64,000 nucleotides of DNA, taken from the NCBI GenBank assembly GCA_040901985.1, contig JBBDYC010000008.1, forward strand, positions 250,626 through 314,625, read 5' to 3'. A model generated the notes under the pieces. That model saw nothing but the letters and a program-made list of their open reading frames with translations. It did not search any database and had not been told where the DNA came from. This DNA comes from Gemmatimonadaceae bacterium. GTDB taxonomy: Bacteria; Gemmatimonadota; Gemmatimonadetes; Gemmatimonadales; Gemmatimonadaceae. Both the position numbers and the translations under genes were made by a program. Of the stretch, positions 36,468 through 47,614 are shown piece by piece; positions within the stretch are counted from its first letter, which is position 1; every line of letters begins with the position of its first letter.

Positions 36468-37337
36468 TCACTCCTTCAACCGCACCAAGCCCTCCTGCGC
36501 CACGCTCGCGACAAGGTCGCCATTCCGTGCAAACACCTGCCCGCGCACGAAGCCGCGGGCGCCGAACGCCGACGGCGAGTCGCTCGTGTAGAGGAGCCAG
36601 TCGTCGGCGCGGAACGGGCGGTGCAGCCAGAGCGTGTGGTCGAGCGACGCCATCATCAGTCGCGGATCGCGAAAGCCCACGCCGTGCGGCTGCAGTGCCG
36701 TCGGCAGGAAGCCGTAGTCGGACGCATACGCGAGCACCGCCTGGTGGAGGATCGGCGTGTCGGGGATGCGCTCGCGCAGCCGGAACCAGACCTGACGCCT
36801 CGCGTCGGCGGCGGCGGTGGCAGCGGGCTTGCCGAACGGATCCGCCGGGGTGATCAACCGGAATTCGAGCGGACGGTCCTGCGTGAGGATCGCGCGCAGG
36901 GGCTCGGGGATCCGGTCGGCGCGCGCACGGACGAGTTCGAGTTCGTCGGGCAGCCCTTCCGGCGGCGGCACGTCGGGCATCGCCGTCTGATGCTCCAACC
37001 CCGTCTCGACGATGTGGAACGACGCCGAGAGGTGGAAGATCGCCTCGCCCTTCTGGATCGCGGTGACCCGACGGCTGGTGAAGCTCCGTCCATCGCGCGG
37101 CCGGTCCACGAAGTAGACAATCGGCTCGCGCGTGTCGCCCTCGCGCAGGAAATAGCCGTGCACGGAATGCGCCTCGCGCGCGTCGCTGATCGTCTTCCGC
37201 GCCGCGACGAGCGCTTGCGCGAACACCTGGCCGCCGAAGACGCGGCCGGTGCCGACGTCGCGGTTGGTCCCGCGGTAGATGTCGATCTCCAGCGGCTCCA
37301 GCTCGAGGAGGTGGAGCAGGTCGGTGACCACGGTCAC
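36468..37337 (-). CDS. tesB: acyl-CoA thioesterase II
   Basis: VFGGQV, HSVHGYFL, RDGRSF, LAYASD, ASLDH, VASVAQEG. Confidence 0.92.
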   Translation of the reverse strand: MTVVTDLLHLLELEPLEIDIYRGTNRDVGTGRVFGGQVFAQALVAARKTISDAREAHSVHGYFLREGDTREPIVYFVDRPRDGRSFTSRRVTAIQKGEAIFHLSASFHIVETGLEHQTAMPDVPPPEGLPDELELVRARADRIPEPLRAILTQDRPLEFRLITPADPFGKPAATAAADARRQVWFRLRERIPDTPILHQAVLAYASDYGFLPTALQPHGVGFRDPRLMMASLDHTLWLHRPFRADDWLLYTSDSPSAFGARGFVRGQVFARNGDLVASVAQEGLVRLKE

Positions 37338-38305
37338 GGGTCGTCGGAGGAAGGGGCGCCGCCGCTCCGGGCGACCTGGTCGGCCTTGACGTTCGTCGCG
37401 TTGAACCGCTTGGCCGCCTTGAGGATCGTCTCCAGCGTGTCGTCGAAGTCGGGGTGCTTCTCCTTCACCCACCGCAGGTGGTTGATCCGCGCGACGACGA
37501 ACGCCTTCAGGTACGGGCTCTCGAGTCCGCGCTCCTTGAGCTTCTTCACGGCGTCGTTCACATACTCGTTCAGCTCGAGCAGCTTGGCGGCGCGGGTGCG
37601 GCGCTCCTCGAGCGCCGCCGGCAGCCTGGCGCCGAGGAACTGGTCGATCCGCTTGAGGATCGGGTGGTAGGCGCCGCCCGAGAAGCGCCCGTTCTCCATA
37701 TAGCAGAGGCCGAGCGTGATCAACGCTGCCTCCTCGAAGACCTCGGCGTGGCTCCTCTCCGTGCTGTCGTCCATCGTTGCCAGCGCCTCGGCGAGGCGCG
37801 CCACCTCGAGCGAGCGTTCGCGAAGGTTGTGCGCCTTCTCGGTATTCAGCGCGAGGATGCGGTGCGCCACCTCGGGTTCCGGCACGACCAGCGCGACGAT
37901 GGACTTGGCGCCGAGCTGGCGCATCGCGCCAAGGCGGTGGTAGCCGTTGGGCGACCAGTACCGGCCCTTGTCGGCGGGGACCGCGACAATCGGGTCGAGG
38001 AAGCGGTCGAGCTTGTCAATCGCGTCGGCGAGGCGCGCCACGTGCGCCTCGGAGAGGTCGCGCTGGAAGGGCGTCGGCTCGACGATGTCAATCGGGAGCG
38101 CGGCGAGGATCTGCCAGCGGCTGCCGAGCGGATCGCGGTAGGTCGCGAGCACGGCGCCGCCGTCGCCGACGATGCGCTTGGCGAGGGCCTCGACGGCTGC
38201 GGGGGCGGACGCCCCGTCGAGCCGTACGGCGTCGAGCCCGCGGGTGCGGGCGGCGGCCGCCTTCTTGGATTTCTTGGGCGCGCGCTTCTTCTTGGCGGTG
38301 GCCAT
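37334..38305 (-). CDS. ParB/Srx-like N-terminal domain protein
   Basis: PTPFQR, FLDPIVAV, PNGYHRL; Lys-rich N-terminus. Confidence 0.75.
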   Translation of the reverse strand: MATAKKKRAPKKSKKAAAARTRGLDAVRLDGASAPAAVEALAKRIVGDGGAVLATYRDPLGSRWQILAALPIDIVEPTPFQRDLSEAHVARLADAIDKLDRFLDPIVAVPADKGRYWSPNGYHRLGAMRQLGAKSIVALVVPEPEVAHRILALNTEKAHNLRERSLEVARLAEALATMDDSTERSHAEVFEEAALITLGLCYMENGRFSGGAYHPILKRIDQFLGARLPAALEERRTRAAKLLELNEYVNDAVKKLKERGLESPYLKAFVVARINHLRWVKEKHPDFDDTLETILKAAKRFNATNVKADQVARSGGAPSSDDP

Positions 38306-38402
38306 CACTGAAGGTGGGCGGAGGCGCCGGACCGGGTCAAGTCAGGTGCCAGGCGCTGGATTGGTCGAACCAACGGCGGCATACACAGTCACGGAGGTCC
38401 CA

Positions 38403-38627
38403 ATGTCGGCCGACCACAACGTGGGTCTATTGGACAGCAGGATCCGGATCGTGCTGGGCGTCGTCTGCGTCGGCCTGCTCGGCTACCACGTCATCGTCTC
38501 GCGGTTTATGGGGATCTACGTCCTCGTCGCGGTCATCGTGCTCATCGCGTACTTCCTGAAGACGGGTATCACGCGAAGCTGTCCAATCATGAAGGCGATG
38601 GACGTCTCGACGGCCGGCAAGGAGTAG
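38403..38627 (+). CDS. DUF2892/YgaP-like small membrane protein
   Basis: NVGLLDSRIRIVLG, two TMs, TG....CP; GGAGG RBS. Confidence 0.8.
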   Translation: MSADHNVGLLDSRIRIVLGVVCVGLLGYHVIVSRFMGIYVLVAVIVLIAYFLKTGITRSCPIMKAMDVSTAGKE

Positions 38628-38669
38628 CGCCAGACCGCCGCCGCACTGTCGCGCCGACGGGCGGGTCCG

Positions 38670-40631
38670 CTACCCCAACTCCGCCAGCTGCTCAAGCAAG
38701 GCGGAGGCGCTCCCCGGCCGCCCGCCCGGCGCCTTGGCCAGCAGCCGCAGCACGAGCGCCGAGACCGCCGGCGGCACGTCCGGATTCCGCGCGATCGGTG
38801 GCGATGGCTCGGTGGTCACGACCTTGGCGATGAGGGCGGTGGCCGAGGGAGCCTCGAAGGGCGGGTGGCCGGTGAGGCATTCGTACAACACGCCGCCGAG
38901 TGCGTACAGGTCGGCGCGCGGATCGAGCTCGTCGCCCATCAACTGTTCGGGCGCCATATACGCCAGCGTCCCGACGATCAACCCGGCCTGCGTGCGGGTC
39001 GAGGACGCCTCCGCGAGCCGGGCGATTCCAAAGTCCATCACCTTCAAAACGCCGTCGCCGTCAATCAGCGCGTTCTCCGGCTTGATGTCCCGATGGATCA
39101 CGCCGGCCGCGTGCGCCACCGCGAGCGCCTCGGCGAGCTGCCGCGCCAGCGCCAACGCGCTCGCCACGCCGAGCTTGCCACGCGTGGCCAGCAGCTCGCG
39201 GACGGTGATCCCTTCCACGTACTCCATCGTGACGAAGGCGACGCCGTCGGCGTCGCCGAGGTCGTGGGTGCGCACCACGTTGCGGTGCGAGATGCGCCGC
39301 GCCAGCCGGATCTCCGACCGGAACCGGTCGGCCGCCACCGGGTCGTCGTCGAGCAGGGCGCGGAGCAGCGTCTTGACGGCGATGATCTCGTTGAGCTCCC
39401 GGTCGCGCGCCCGGTAGACGACCCCCATCCCGCCGCGGCCGATCACGTTGAGGATCTCGTAGCGACTGGCAAGGAGCGTGCCCGCGGCGATGGCGTCGTC
39501 GGGACCGGCGTCCGGCCGCGCCGCACGATGCTCGCTGGTCGCCAGCGTCACGTCGGTGCGCAGTTCGCGGAGCTGCTCGCGCAGCCGGACCTCGCGTGCA
39601 CGAATTCCCGCCGCCATGGCGTCGAAGACGCGCGCCAACCGCCCGAGCTCGTCGTCGCGCGCGGTGATCGAGGCCAAGGTGCCCGGCACATACGTGCCTT
39701 GTTCCACCTCACCCGCCGCCTCGATCACGTGCGTGACCTGCCGCAGGTAGTCGGTCTCTCGGTCGTGCCAACGCTTTTTCTCGAGCGAGACGCCAATCCG
39801 CGCGCGCAGGAGCACGGGGTCGAACGGCTTGGCGAGATAGTCCTCCGCGCCGTGCTCGATGCACCGCACCACGCTCGCCATATCGTCGAGCGCCGAGATC
39901 ATGATGACCGGGATGCTCCGCGTTGACGGGTCCCGCTTGATTCGCTCGAGGACGGCGAAACCGTCAAGCCCCGGCATCAGGACGTCGAGCAGGACGAGGT
40001 CGAATCCCCCGCTCGCCACCCGCGCGAGCGCCGTCTCGCCGTCGGCCACGCTCTCCACCGCGTACCCCTCGCGTTCGAGCCGTCGCGCGAGGACCGCGCG
40101 ATTCTCCTCGACATCGTCCACGACCAGGATCCGGCCCATCGCGCCGCCGTCGGCCGGAGCGGCCGGCGGCCGCGCCGACGGTCCGTCAGTCGGCGTGGAA
40201 CCGGCCGGGCCTTCGCGCCTTGCCGGCGGCGCGACCTGGGCAACGCCCGATCCGGGGAGCGCGACCTCCGTCAGCCGCCGCGCCGCCTGCGCGATGCGCT
40301 CGACGTCCGTCGCCGTCTGCGGGTCGGCGCCGCCGCCAAGGAGGGCCGCGGTGGCGGTGAGGATCGCCGCCTGCGGCTCGCGCAGCGCCGCGACCAACGC
40401 CACGAGATCGTCGTGCATCGCGACCCCGGTCGGCGGGAGCGCCGTATTGATGCGCACCAGCACGTCCCGAGCGGCCGCGAGGATCCCGTCGAGTTGGCCG
40501 GCGGTCGCCGACTCCGCCGCGGCGTCCTCGCGCAGCATCTCGGCATAGCCAATGATGTGATTGACCGGTGTGCGCAACTCGTGGCGCAACTCGGCGGCCG
40601 TCTCCCGCGTGACGGGCGCGGTGCCGCTCAT
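38670..40631 (-). CDS. HisKA-like / REC / HAMP-like / Ser-Thr kinase fusion protein
   Basis: RHELRTP; ILVVDD..LLDVLMP..KPF; DDELGRLARVF; GRGGMG, AVK, HRDIKPEN, DFG, YMAPE. Confidence 0.88.
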   Translation of the reverse strand: MSGTAPVTRETAAELRHELRTPVNHIIGYAEMLREDAAAESATAGQLDGILAAARDVLVRINTALPPTGVAMHDDLVALVAALREPQAAILTATAALLGGGADPQTATDVERIAQAARRLTEVALPGSGVAQVAPPARREGPAGSTPTDGPSARPPAAPADGGAMGRILVVDDVEENRAVLARRLEREGYAVESVADGETALARVASGGFDLVLLDVLMPGLDGFAVLERIKRDPSTRSIPVIMISALDDMASVVRCIEHGAEDYLAKPFDPVLLRARIGVSLEKKRWHDRETDYLRQVTHVIEAAGEVEQGTYVPGTLASITARDDELGRLARVFDAMAAGIRAREVRLREQLRELRTDVTLATSEHRAARPDAGPDDAIAAGTLLASRYEILNVIGRGGMGVVYRARDRELNEIIAVKTLLRALLDDDPVAADRFRSEIRLARRISHRNVVRTHDLGDADGVAFVTMEYVEGITVRELLATRGKLGVASALALARQLAEALAVAHAAGVIHRDIKPENALIDGDGVLKVMDFGIARLAEASSTRTQAGLIVGTLAYMAPEQLMGDELDPRADLYALGGVLYECLTGHPPFEAPSATALIAKVVTTEPSPPIARNPDVPPAVSALVLRLLAKAPGGRPGSASALLEQLAELG

Positions 40632-40999
40632 GCGGCCGGCGGGAGCAGTGCTTGGATCTTGCCGAGCAGTCGTTCGAGATCCACCGGCTTGGTGTCGTAG
40701 TCGTTGCAGCCGGCCTCGAGGGCCTTGTCGCGATCGCCCGACATTGCGTGCGCGGTCAGCGCGATGATTGGCATCCGTCCCTGCTCGCCGGCGGCGCGGA
40801 TCTGCCGCGTCGCCTCCCACCCGTCCACCTCGGGAAGACTCATATCCATCAGGATGAGGTCCCAGCCGCCCTCGAGCGCGCGCCGGACGCCGGCCGCGCC
40901 ATCCACCGCAATCTCGACGTCGAACCCCCGACGGGCGAGCCGGCGGGAGAGCATATCGCGGTTCATCTCATTGTCCTCGACGAGCAGGATGCGTGGCAT
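40628..40999 (-). CDS. single-domain response regulator (DivK-like)
   Basis: ILLVEDN, LMDMSLP, IALTAHAM, TKPV. Confidence 0.92.
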   Translation of the reverse strand: MPRILLVEDNEMNRDMLSRRLARRGFDVEIAVDGAAGVRRALEGGWDLILMDMSLPEVDGWEATRQIRAAGEQGRMPIIALTAHAMSGDRDKALEAGCNDYDTKPVDLERLLGKIQALLPPAA

Positions 41000-41011
41000 T
41001 CAGGTGCGGGT

Positions 41012-43948
41012 TCAGGTGGAGGCCGGCGCCGAGCGGCGGCGGCGCATCAGGAGGCGGATGTCGCGGACCAGGTCGAGCTGGGAGTACGACCCCTTCGTGA
41101 GGACCTCGCTGACGTGTCCGTTCAGGCGCTCGCGCTCGGCCTTCGACAGATCCTTGGCGGTGACGACGATCACCGGGATCTGGCGCCAGGCCTCGACCTG
41201 TCGCACGCGCGCCACGAACTCGCCGCCGTCCATCACCGGCATCACGAGGTCGAGGATGATCAGCGACGGCGTGCGCTCGGCCATCCGCTCGAGCCCGACG
41301 CGACCATTCTCGGCCTCCATCACCGTCCACCCCTCTCGCTCGAGGCCGCGCCTGAACGTCGCGCGCATCGCCGGGTCGTCCTCGACGACGAGCACCGCGC
41401 CCGTCGGTTCGGCAAACGGCTGCCGGCCGAGGATCCGACGCAGCTGCGCGCGGTCGAGCGGCTTGGTCACGTACTCGGTGGCGCCGAGCGCGAGCGCCAG
41501 CTGCTGCTCGTGGAGCACCGAGAGCATGATGACCGGGATCTCGGCCAGCGACTCATCGGCGCGGATGCGGCGCAGCACCTCCCAGCCGTCCATCCCCGGC
41601 ATCAGCACGTCCAGCGTGATTGCGTCGGGACGCACGCGCGTCGCCAGCTCGAGCCCGGTCGTGCCATCGGCCGCCTCCTCGACGTGGAAGCCATCGGCGG
41701 CGAGGACCGACCGCAGCAGGCGACGCGCGTCCAGGTCGTCGTCAATGACCAGCACCGTGCCCGCCGAGCCATCTCCCTGCGGGGGCGGCGCCGTCGCCGG
41801 CGCCTCGGCACCGGCGCCACCGCGTCGCGTCGGGTCCACCACCGCCGGCAATCGCAACGTGAAAGTCGATCCGACGCCCGGCTCGCTCTCCACGGTCACC
41901 TCGCCGCCGAGCATTTCGCTGAACCGCCTGGTGAGCGCGAGTCCCAGCCCGGTCCCGCCGTAGCGGCGCGACGTGGACGCCTCGGCCTGGCTGAACGTCT
42001 CGAAGAGGTGCCCGAGCTGCTCGGGTGTCATCCCGATCCCCGAGTCGCGCACCGCGAAGGTCAGGCGGTCGCGCCCGCCCTCGTCGCGCCGCCGCACGGT
42101 CACGGTGATCGTGCCCCCCTCAGTGAACTTGCACGCGTTGGAGAGCAGGTTGAGCAGCATCTGGCGGACCTTGACGAGGTCGGCGTGCATCGTCCCCAGC
42201 CGCCCCTCCCGATCCACGACGAGCCGATTGGAGTTCCTGGCGACCATCGGGTCGATCGTCGTCATCACCTCGTCGAGCATCGCGTCCACGTCGAACGTCT
42301 CGAGGAAGACCTCCATCTTTCCGGCCTCGATCTTCGACAGGTCGAGCACGTCGTTGATCAGCGAGAGCAGGTGCTTGCCGGCCGTGTGGATCTTCGCGAG
42401 GTCGGGCACGAACGCCTGCAACCCGGAGTCGGTCGCCTCCTCCTGCAGCATCTCGCTGTACCCGATGATCGCGTTCAGCGGCGTGCGGAGCTCGTGGCTC
42501 ATGTTCGCGAGGAACTGGCTCTTCGCCCGGTTGGCCCCCTCGGCGTCGCGCCGCGCCGCGCTCAGCTCGCTGATGTCGTGGTACATCCCCATCAGGGCCA
42601 CCCGTGACTCGTCGGCAATCACCGGCACGCCGAGGATCTCCACCTCGACGAAGGTGCCGTCCTTGCGGCGCCGCCGGCCAATTCCCTTGACCGGACGGTC
42701 CACCGCGTCCCGGCTGTACTGCGCCGCCTCGCCGAGCGTGTCGGGGTCGGTGATCAACTCGTCGAGGTTCCGGCCGCGGGCCTCCTTCTCCGAATAGAGG
42801 AAGAGCCGCTCGAAGGCCGGGTTGCACGACGCCACGTTGTAGTCGGGATCGAGCTGGACGATGGCGACCGGGCTGTTGTTGAGCAGGCTGCGGAAGAATT
42901 CGCGCTGGCGCGCCGCCTCCTCGTAGAGCCGCGCGCCCTCGATGGCGATTGCCGCCTGCGGCGTGAAGAGGTTGAGCAGCCGCAGGTCGTCCTCGGCGAA
43001 CGGCCGCGTGTTCCGCGCATCCACCATCGCGATTGCGCCGACGAGGCGCTTGTCGATCAGCAGCGGCGCGGCGACCACCGACTTCACCGGCACGTCCGAG
43101 TACTTCGTGGACCGCCCCGCCCAGACGTGATAATCGGGGACGATCAGCGGCTCGTGCGACTGCGCGACGAGGCCGAGTGCGCCCTCGCCGAGCTTGAGGC
43201 GGATCCCGGTGGTGTCGGTGCCGATCTGGTGGCTCGCCACCACCTCAAGTTCGCCGCGCGTGGCATCGAAGATCGCCAGTTCGCCGCCGGTGACGCCGAG
43301 CAGGGCCACCGCGCGCTCGAGCGTCGCCTGCAGGGTGCGCGGCAGCTCGCGCTGGGTGAGCAGGTCGGCCATCGAGGCGAGCACCGCCTGCTGCTCGTCG
43401 GCCCGCCGCCGCTGGGTGACAATCAGCCGCGCCCGCGCGATCGCGATGCTGGCCTGGTTCGCCGCCGCGGTGAGGATTTCGAAATCGCTCGCCGCGAACG
43501 CGTCGGGCTCCGTGCTCTCCACCGCGAGAACGCCAATCGCCCGGCCGTCAATGATCAGCGGCACGTCCACCTCGGACCCGCTGTTGAGCGCCGGTTCGTA
43601 GCTCGACTCGCGACGCACCGATGGCGTGTAGTGGAGCTTGCCCTCGAGCATCGCCCGCTCGGTGATGCCGTGCCCGGGCGCGAGGCGCCATCCCGGTTTG
43701 GCGGCGGTCCATCCGACGCTCGCCGCCATCACCCGGTCGCCGGTCGCGTCGTCGAGCAGGAAGACGCCGAGGAATTCGTAGCCGAGGGCGTCGTCGCGCA
43801 GGCCGTTGACGACGCTCTCGCAGATCTCCTGCTCGTTGGTCGCCGCGGCAATCGCCGAGCTGAGTCGCAGCAGCGCCGACTGCCGGCGCGCGGTGGCCGC
43901 CGGCGCGCGTTGCTTCGCCTTCACTGGTCGTGTCCGCTTCGATGCCAT
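41012..43948 (-). CDS. cytoplasmic hybrid histidine kinase GAF-GAF-PAS-HisKA-HATPase-REC-REC
   Basis: [30 protein letters not shown], two REC domains; no TM. Confidence 0.92.
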   Translation of the reverse strand: MASKRTRPVKAKQRAPAATARRQSALLRLSSAIAAATNEQEICESVVNGLRDDALGYEFLGVFLLDDATGDRVMAASVGWTAAKPGWRLAPGHGITERAMLEGKLHYTPSVRRESSYEPALNSGSEVDVPLIIDGRAIGVLAVESTEPDAFAASDFEILTAAANQASIAIARARLIVTQRRRADEQQAVLASMADLLTQRELPRTLQATLERAVALLGVTGGELAIFDATRGELEVVASHQIGTDTTGIRLKLGEGALGLVAQSHEPLIVPDYHVWAGRSTKYSDVPVKSVVAAPLLIDKRLVGAIAMVDARNTRPFAEDDLRLLNLFTPQAAIAIEGARLYEEAARQREFFRSLLNNSPVAIVQLDPDYNVASCNPAFERLFLYSEKEARGRNLDELITDPDTLGEAAQYSRDAVDRPVKGIGRRRRKDGTFVEVEILGVPVIADESRVALMGMYHDISELSAARRDAEGANRAKSQFLANMSHELRTPLNAIIGYSEMLQEEATDSGLQAFVPDLAKIHTAGKHLLSLINDVLDLSKIEAGKMEVFLETFDVDAMLDEVMTTIDPMVARNSNRLVVDREGRLGTMHADLVKVRQMLLNLLSNACKFTEGGTITVTVRRRDEGGRDRLTFAVRDSGIGMTPEQLGHLFETFSQAEASTSRRYGGTGLGLALTRRFSEMLGGEVTVESEPGVGSTFTLRLPAVVDPTRRGGAGAEAPATAPPPQGDGSAGTVLVIDDDLDARRLLRSVLAADGFHVEEAADGTTGLELATRVRPDAITLDVLMPGMDGWEVLRRIRADESLAEIPVIMLSVLHEQQLALALGATEYVTKPLDRAQLRRILGRQPFAEPTGAVLVVEDDPAMRATFRRGLEREGWTVMEAENGRVGLERMAERTPSLIILDLVMPVMDGGEFVARVRQVEAWRQIPVIVVTAKDLSKAERERLNGHVSEVLTKGSYSQLDLVRDIRLLMRRRRSAPAST

Positions 43949-44030
43949 CGCGCTCCACAATGCTGGCCCGGCGCGGAAGGTATCGCGCGGCACGGTGCCG
44001 CGCGAATCCGCCGCCGTCAGTGCCGCCGCG

Positions 44031-46289
44031 TCACCTGATTCCCGCCCGCGCCTCGACTGCCTGCGCTTCCTGCGCGCGGCCCCGCGCCCGGAGCAGTGCG
44101 GCCAGGTCGCGCGCCGTCTCGGCGATGTTCGCATCGCCCGCCGGGTAGTGCCGCACGCGGAGATCGAGCGCCCGCCGGTACGTCGCCTCGGCCTCGGCGG
44201 GACGGTTGCGCATCACCAACACCCCGCCGAGCGCGTTCAGCGTGACCGCCAGCGATGGGTGGGTCGGCGCCAGGCGCGTCTCCTTGATCTGGAGTGCGCG
44301 GCGGAGCAGCGGCTCCGCGGTGGCCGGATCGCCGAGCTTCCAGTGTGTCTCGCCGAGGTTGTTGAGCACCGCCGCGACGTTCGGATGCCCGTCGTCGAAC
44401 GCGCGCTCGTAAATCACCCGCGTCCGCTCGTAGAGTGGCAGCGCCTCGCCGTAGCGTCCGAGCGAGAAGTAGATGGCGCCGAGGTTGTTGAGCACCGTCG
44501 CGAGATCCGGGTGGTCCATTCCCGCCACCGCTTCGCGGATCGCCAGGCTCCGCCGCATCATCGGTTCCGCCTCCTCGAGCCGGCCCTGCGACCAATAGAC
44601 GACCCCGAGGCCCATCAGGTCGCGCGCATACCGCGGGTCCCTCGGCGCCAGCGTGGCCTCGTCGATCTCGACGACGCGGAGGTAGAGCGATTCGGCCTCG
44701 GCCAGCCGACCCTGCCGCCACCGGAGCAGGGCGAGCGCCGCCAGCGTGCGTGCCACGTCGGGATGCTCGGCGCCGAGGGCGAGTCGCCGGATGGTGAAGG
44801 CCCGCTCGAGGTGGCGCTCGGCGGCCGCGTAGTCACCGGTGCTGCGGGACGCCTGGCCGAGGAGGAGTTCCGTCTCCGCCACCGCCAGGTCGTTGGGGCC
44901 GAGCGCGAACTCGCGCACGTCGCGTGCGCGCTGCAGCTGGAGGAGCGCGGCGTCGAAAAGTCCGAGCGAGACATAGGCGCTCCCCATCGCGTGCAGGATG
45001 TGGCCCTGCACCAACGGCTGGTCGGCCAGCCCGTCGGCGGCGCGTTCCGCGCCGCGGTCGAGCAACTCGCGCGCGGTGATCTCCCGGGCCGGCACCGACC
45101 CGCGCGGCTCGTCGGGGTCGAAGACGCGGAAGAGGCCGACCATGAAGTCGGTCACCTGCTCGGCGGCCGCCGCCTCCTGCGCGGCGCGGCGTTCGGCGCG
45201 GGTCGCGCGGACGAGGCCGACCGTGGCAAACACCGTGCTCGCGGCGAGCGCCAACAGCACCACCGCCGCCGTTGCCACGCCGCCGCGGTGCCGGCGGACG
45301 AACCGCGTCACGCGATACCCCGTGGACGGCGGCCGCGCCTCGACGGGCTCGAAGTGTCGGGCGCGCTGGAGGTCCAGCGCGAGCGCGTTCACAGTGGGAT
45401 ACCGGCGCGCCCGGTCGGGCTCGAGCGCCCGGAGGACGATCCAGTCGAGGTCCCCCCGCAACTCCCTGACCAGGCGATCGGGCACCGTCCCACGCAGGTG
45501 CGCCAACTGGTCGCGGTGCGTGCCCAGCGTGTCGAGCCGCGCGCTCGGCGGCGGTACCGAGGACTCGCGGGACGCCAGCTGCACGATGAACGCGTGATAG
45601 CCCATCGATTCCGGCTCCACCGGGAGCCGCCCCACCAGGAGCTCGTAGAGGATTACGCCCAGCGAATAGATGTCGGTCCGCGTGTCCACGTCGAGCCCCG
45701 ACGACTCCGCCTGCTCGGGGCTCATATACGCCGCCGTGCCAAGCGCCACGCCGACGTGCGTGACGAGAGTCTGCTCCGTCAGTTGGCGGCCGAGCGCCTT
45801 GGCGATCCCGAAGTCAATGATCTTCGGGCGCGGCGCGCCGTCTTCCTCCGTGACGAGCACGTTGGTCGGCTTGAGGTCGCGGTGGATCACGCCCTTCTGG
45901 TGCGCGTGCTGCACCGCGTGGCAGACCTGCACGAAGAGGTCCACCCGGTCGGCGGTCGTGAGGCGACGCGAGTCGCAGTACTCGATCAGCGGAAGTCCCT
46001 TGACGAGCTCCATCACGAAGTACGGCTCGCCCGACTCGGTCTGGTCCGCGTGGAGGACCTTCGCGATCCCCGCGTGGTCCATCATCGCGAGCGCCTGCCG
46101 CTCGGCGTCGAATCGCGCGCGTGCGTCGGGGGCCGATGTCCCCGCGCGGACGACCTTGATTGCCACGCGCCGCCGGACGGGCCCCGTCTCGGCGGCCTCG
46201 TACACCACACCCATCCCCCCCTCGCCGAGGACCCCGAGGATCTTGTACGGCCCGATCCGATCCGGCAGGGGTGGAGGGTTGGAGCCCAC
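44031..46289 (-). CDS. Ser/Thr protein kinase with TM and TPR repeats
   Basis: [27 protein letters not shown]; repeated HP(D/N)..LNNLG TPRs. Confidence 0.93.
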   Translation of the reverse strand: MGSNPPPLPDRIGPYKILGVLGEGGMGVVYEAAETGPVRRRVAIKVVRAGTSAPDARARFDAERQALAMMDHAGIAKVLHADQTESGEPYFVMELVKGLPLIEYCDSRRLTTADRVDLFVQVCHAVQHAHQKGVIHRDLKPTNVLVTEEDGAPRPKIIDFGIAKALGRQLTEQTLVTHVGVALGTAAYMSPEQAESSGLDVDTRTDIYSLGVILYELLVGRLPVEPESMGYHAFIVQLASRESSVPPPSARLDTLGTHRDQLAHLRGTVPDRLVRELRGDLDWIVLRALEPDRARRYPTVNALALDLQRARHFEPVEARPPSTGYRVTRFVRRHRGGVATAAVVLLALAASTVFATVGLVRATRAERRAAQEAAAAEQVTDFMVGLFRVFDPDEPRGSVPAREITARELLDRGAERAADGLADQPLVQGHILHAMGSAYVSLGLFDAALLQLQRARDVREFALGPNDLAVAETELLLGQASRSTGDYAAAERHLERAFTIRRLALGAEHPDVARTLAALALLRWRQGRLAEAESLYLRVVEIDEATLAPRDPRYARDLMGLGVVYWSQGRLEEAEPMMRRSLAIREAVAGMDHPDLATVLNNLGAIYFSLGRYGEALPLYERTRVIYERAFDDGHPNVAAVLNNLGETHWKLGDPATAEPLLRRALQIKETRLAPTHPSLAVTLNALGGVLVMRNRPAEAEATYRRALDLRVRHYPAGDANIAETARDLAALLRARGRAQEAQAVEARAGIR

Positions 46290-46729
46290 TAGTCGACGAT
46301 GATGTCCGGATCGATCACGATGTTGCTCGACGTCCCGTCAGCGTTCGGGCAGGTGGCGTTCACGGAGTAACTGAACTTCTTGCCCGACTGATTCCCCTTC
46401 ATCCGCTCGGCGCGCGCGGCGTGGCCCGGGCGACCGCGGTACGGTGGCGCATCACTGAACAGCCAACTGAATTGCTTCTTCCTGATCTCAAACTCTGCCA
46501 CGTTCGACGCCTCCGTGAGCGCCCAGTCCACGGTATCGTCCTGCTTCACCCGTTGCTGCCAAGGCGTGATTGTCGTGGTGGCGCCGCCGTCGGCGCGACA
46601 GATGATCTCGACCAAGATCTGGTGGTTCTGCGGCTGACCTTGCCTCTCCTCGACCACGCGCGGACGCACTGCCGCCAATGTGGCCAGTGACGCGAGGGAA
46701 AACAGTGTGAGGGCGATCCGACGGTCCAC
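46289..46729 (-). CDS. small secreted beta-rich protein with C-terminal DP motif
   Basis: Signal-like N-terminus; two Cys; ends IVIDPDIIVD; stop abuts kinase start; start uncertain. Confidence 0.6.
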   Translation of the reverse strand: MDRRIALTLFSLASLATLAAVRPRVVEERQGQPQNHQILVEIICRADGGATTTITPWQQRVKQDDTVDWALTEASNVAEFEIRKKQFSWLFSDAPPYRGRPGHAARAERMKGNQSGKKFSYSVNATCPNADGTSSNIVIDPDIIVD

Positions 46730-46810
46730 GCGAGTCTCCGGATTCAGGGTGCCAAAGAATGCGGGCAAGCGGAGTGTGACGCAAGTCACGCCGCCGACCC
46801 GCCCGCCCAG

Positions 46811-47602
46811 TCAGCGCGGGACCCAAGGAATGAAGGCGTTCGTCCGCGCTCGGTAGTCGCGGTACGCCGGCCGTCGCTCGTGGATGTCCTTCTCGAGCAG
46901 GGAGACCCCTGAGACCTTGAGCAGCAGCAGGGTCATCAGGAGCGGCGCGTACACGGTCCACCACCCTCCTGCCGCGACCGCGATCACGAAGTAGCCCCAC
47001 CAGAGTACCGCCTCGCCGAAGTAGTTCGGGTGCCGCGTGTACCTCCAGAGCCCCCGATCGAACACCTGGTGTGCGTTTGCCGGATCCGACTTGAAGCGTG
47101 CCAGCTGCCAGTCGCCGACCGCCTCGAAGGTGAATCCGACGGTCCAGAGCCCGATGCCGGCGACGTCGAGCGCGCCGAGCGGCCGAGTGCCGCCGAGCGC
47201 AACGAGAAGTGGCGCCGAGATGAGCGCGGCGAGGGCCGCCTGCAGCAGGAAGACAACGTAGAGACTCTTCCACGCGAATGCGCGGCCGCGCGCCGCACGC
47301 ATCGCGGCATAGCGTCGGTCCTCTGGCGCACCCCAGTTGCGCCAGGTGAGATACACCGAGAGTCGGACGGCCCAGAGCGACACGAGGACGAGCACCACCA
47401 CGGCCCGCCGGTCGTCCGCCGCCACGCCGACCAGGCACGCATACCCGACCGCGCCGGCCAGGAAGAAGAGCGACCAGACGCTGTCGACGAGGGAGACATC
47501 GCGCCGCACCAGGCTCAGCAGCCAGCCGCCGACGGCGAGCGCGGCCATCAGCGCGACGGCCACGAGCGCGGCGCGAAGGTCGAGCACGCCCACGGAGGTC
47601 AA
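46811..47602 (-). CDS. DUF1295 (steroid 5-alpha-reductase-like) membrane protein
   Basis: VDSVWS, EDRRY, GDWQLARFK, GLWRYTRHPNYFGE. Confidence 0.9.
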   Translation of the reverse strand: MTSVGVLDLRAALVAVALMAALAVGGWLLSLVRRDVSLVDSVWSLFFLAGAVGYACLVGVAADDRRAVVVLVLVSLWAVRLSVYLTWRNWGAPEDRRYAAMRAARGRAFAWKSLYVVFLLQAALAALISAPLLVALGGTRPLGALDVAGIGLWTVGFTFEAVGDWQLARFKSDPANAHQVFDRGLWRYTRHPNYFGEAVLWWGYFVIAVAAGGWWTVYAPLLMTLLLLKVSGVSLLEKDIHERRPAYRDYRARTNAFIPWVPR

Positions 47603-47614
47603 AAGCGTGCTCCC

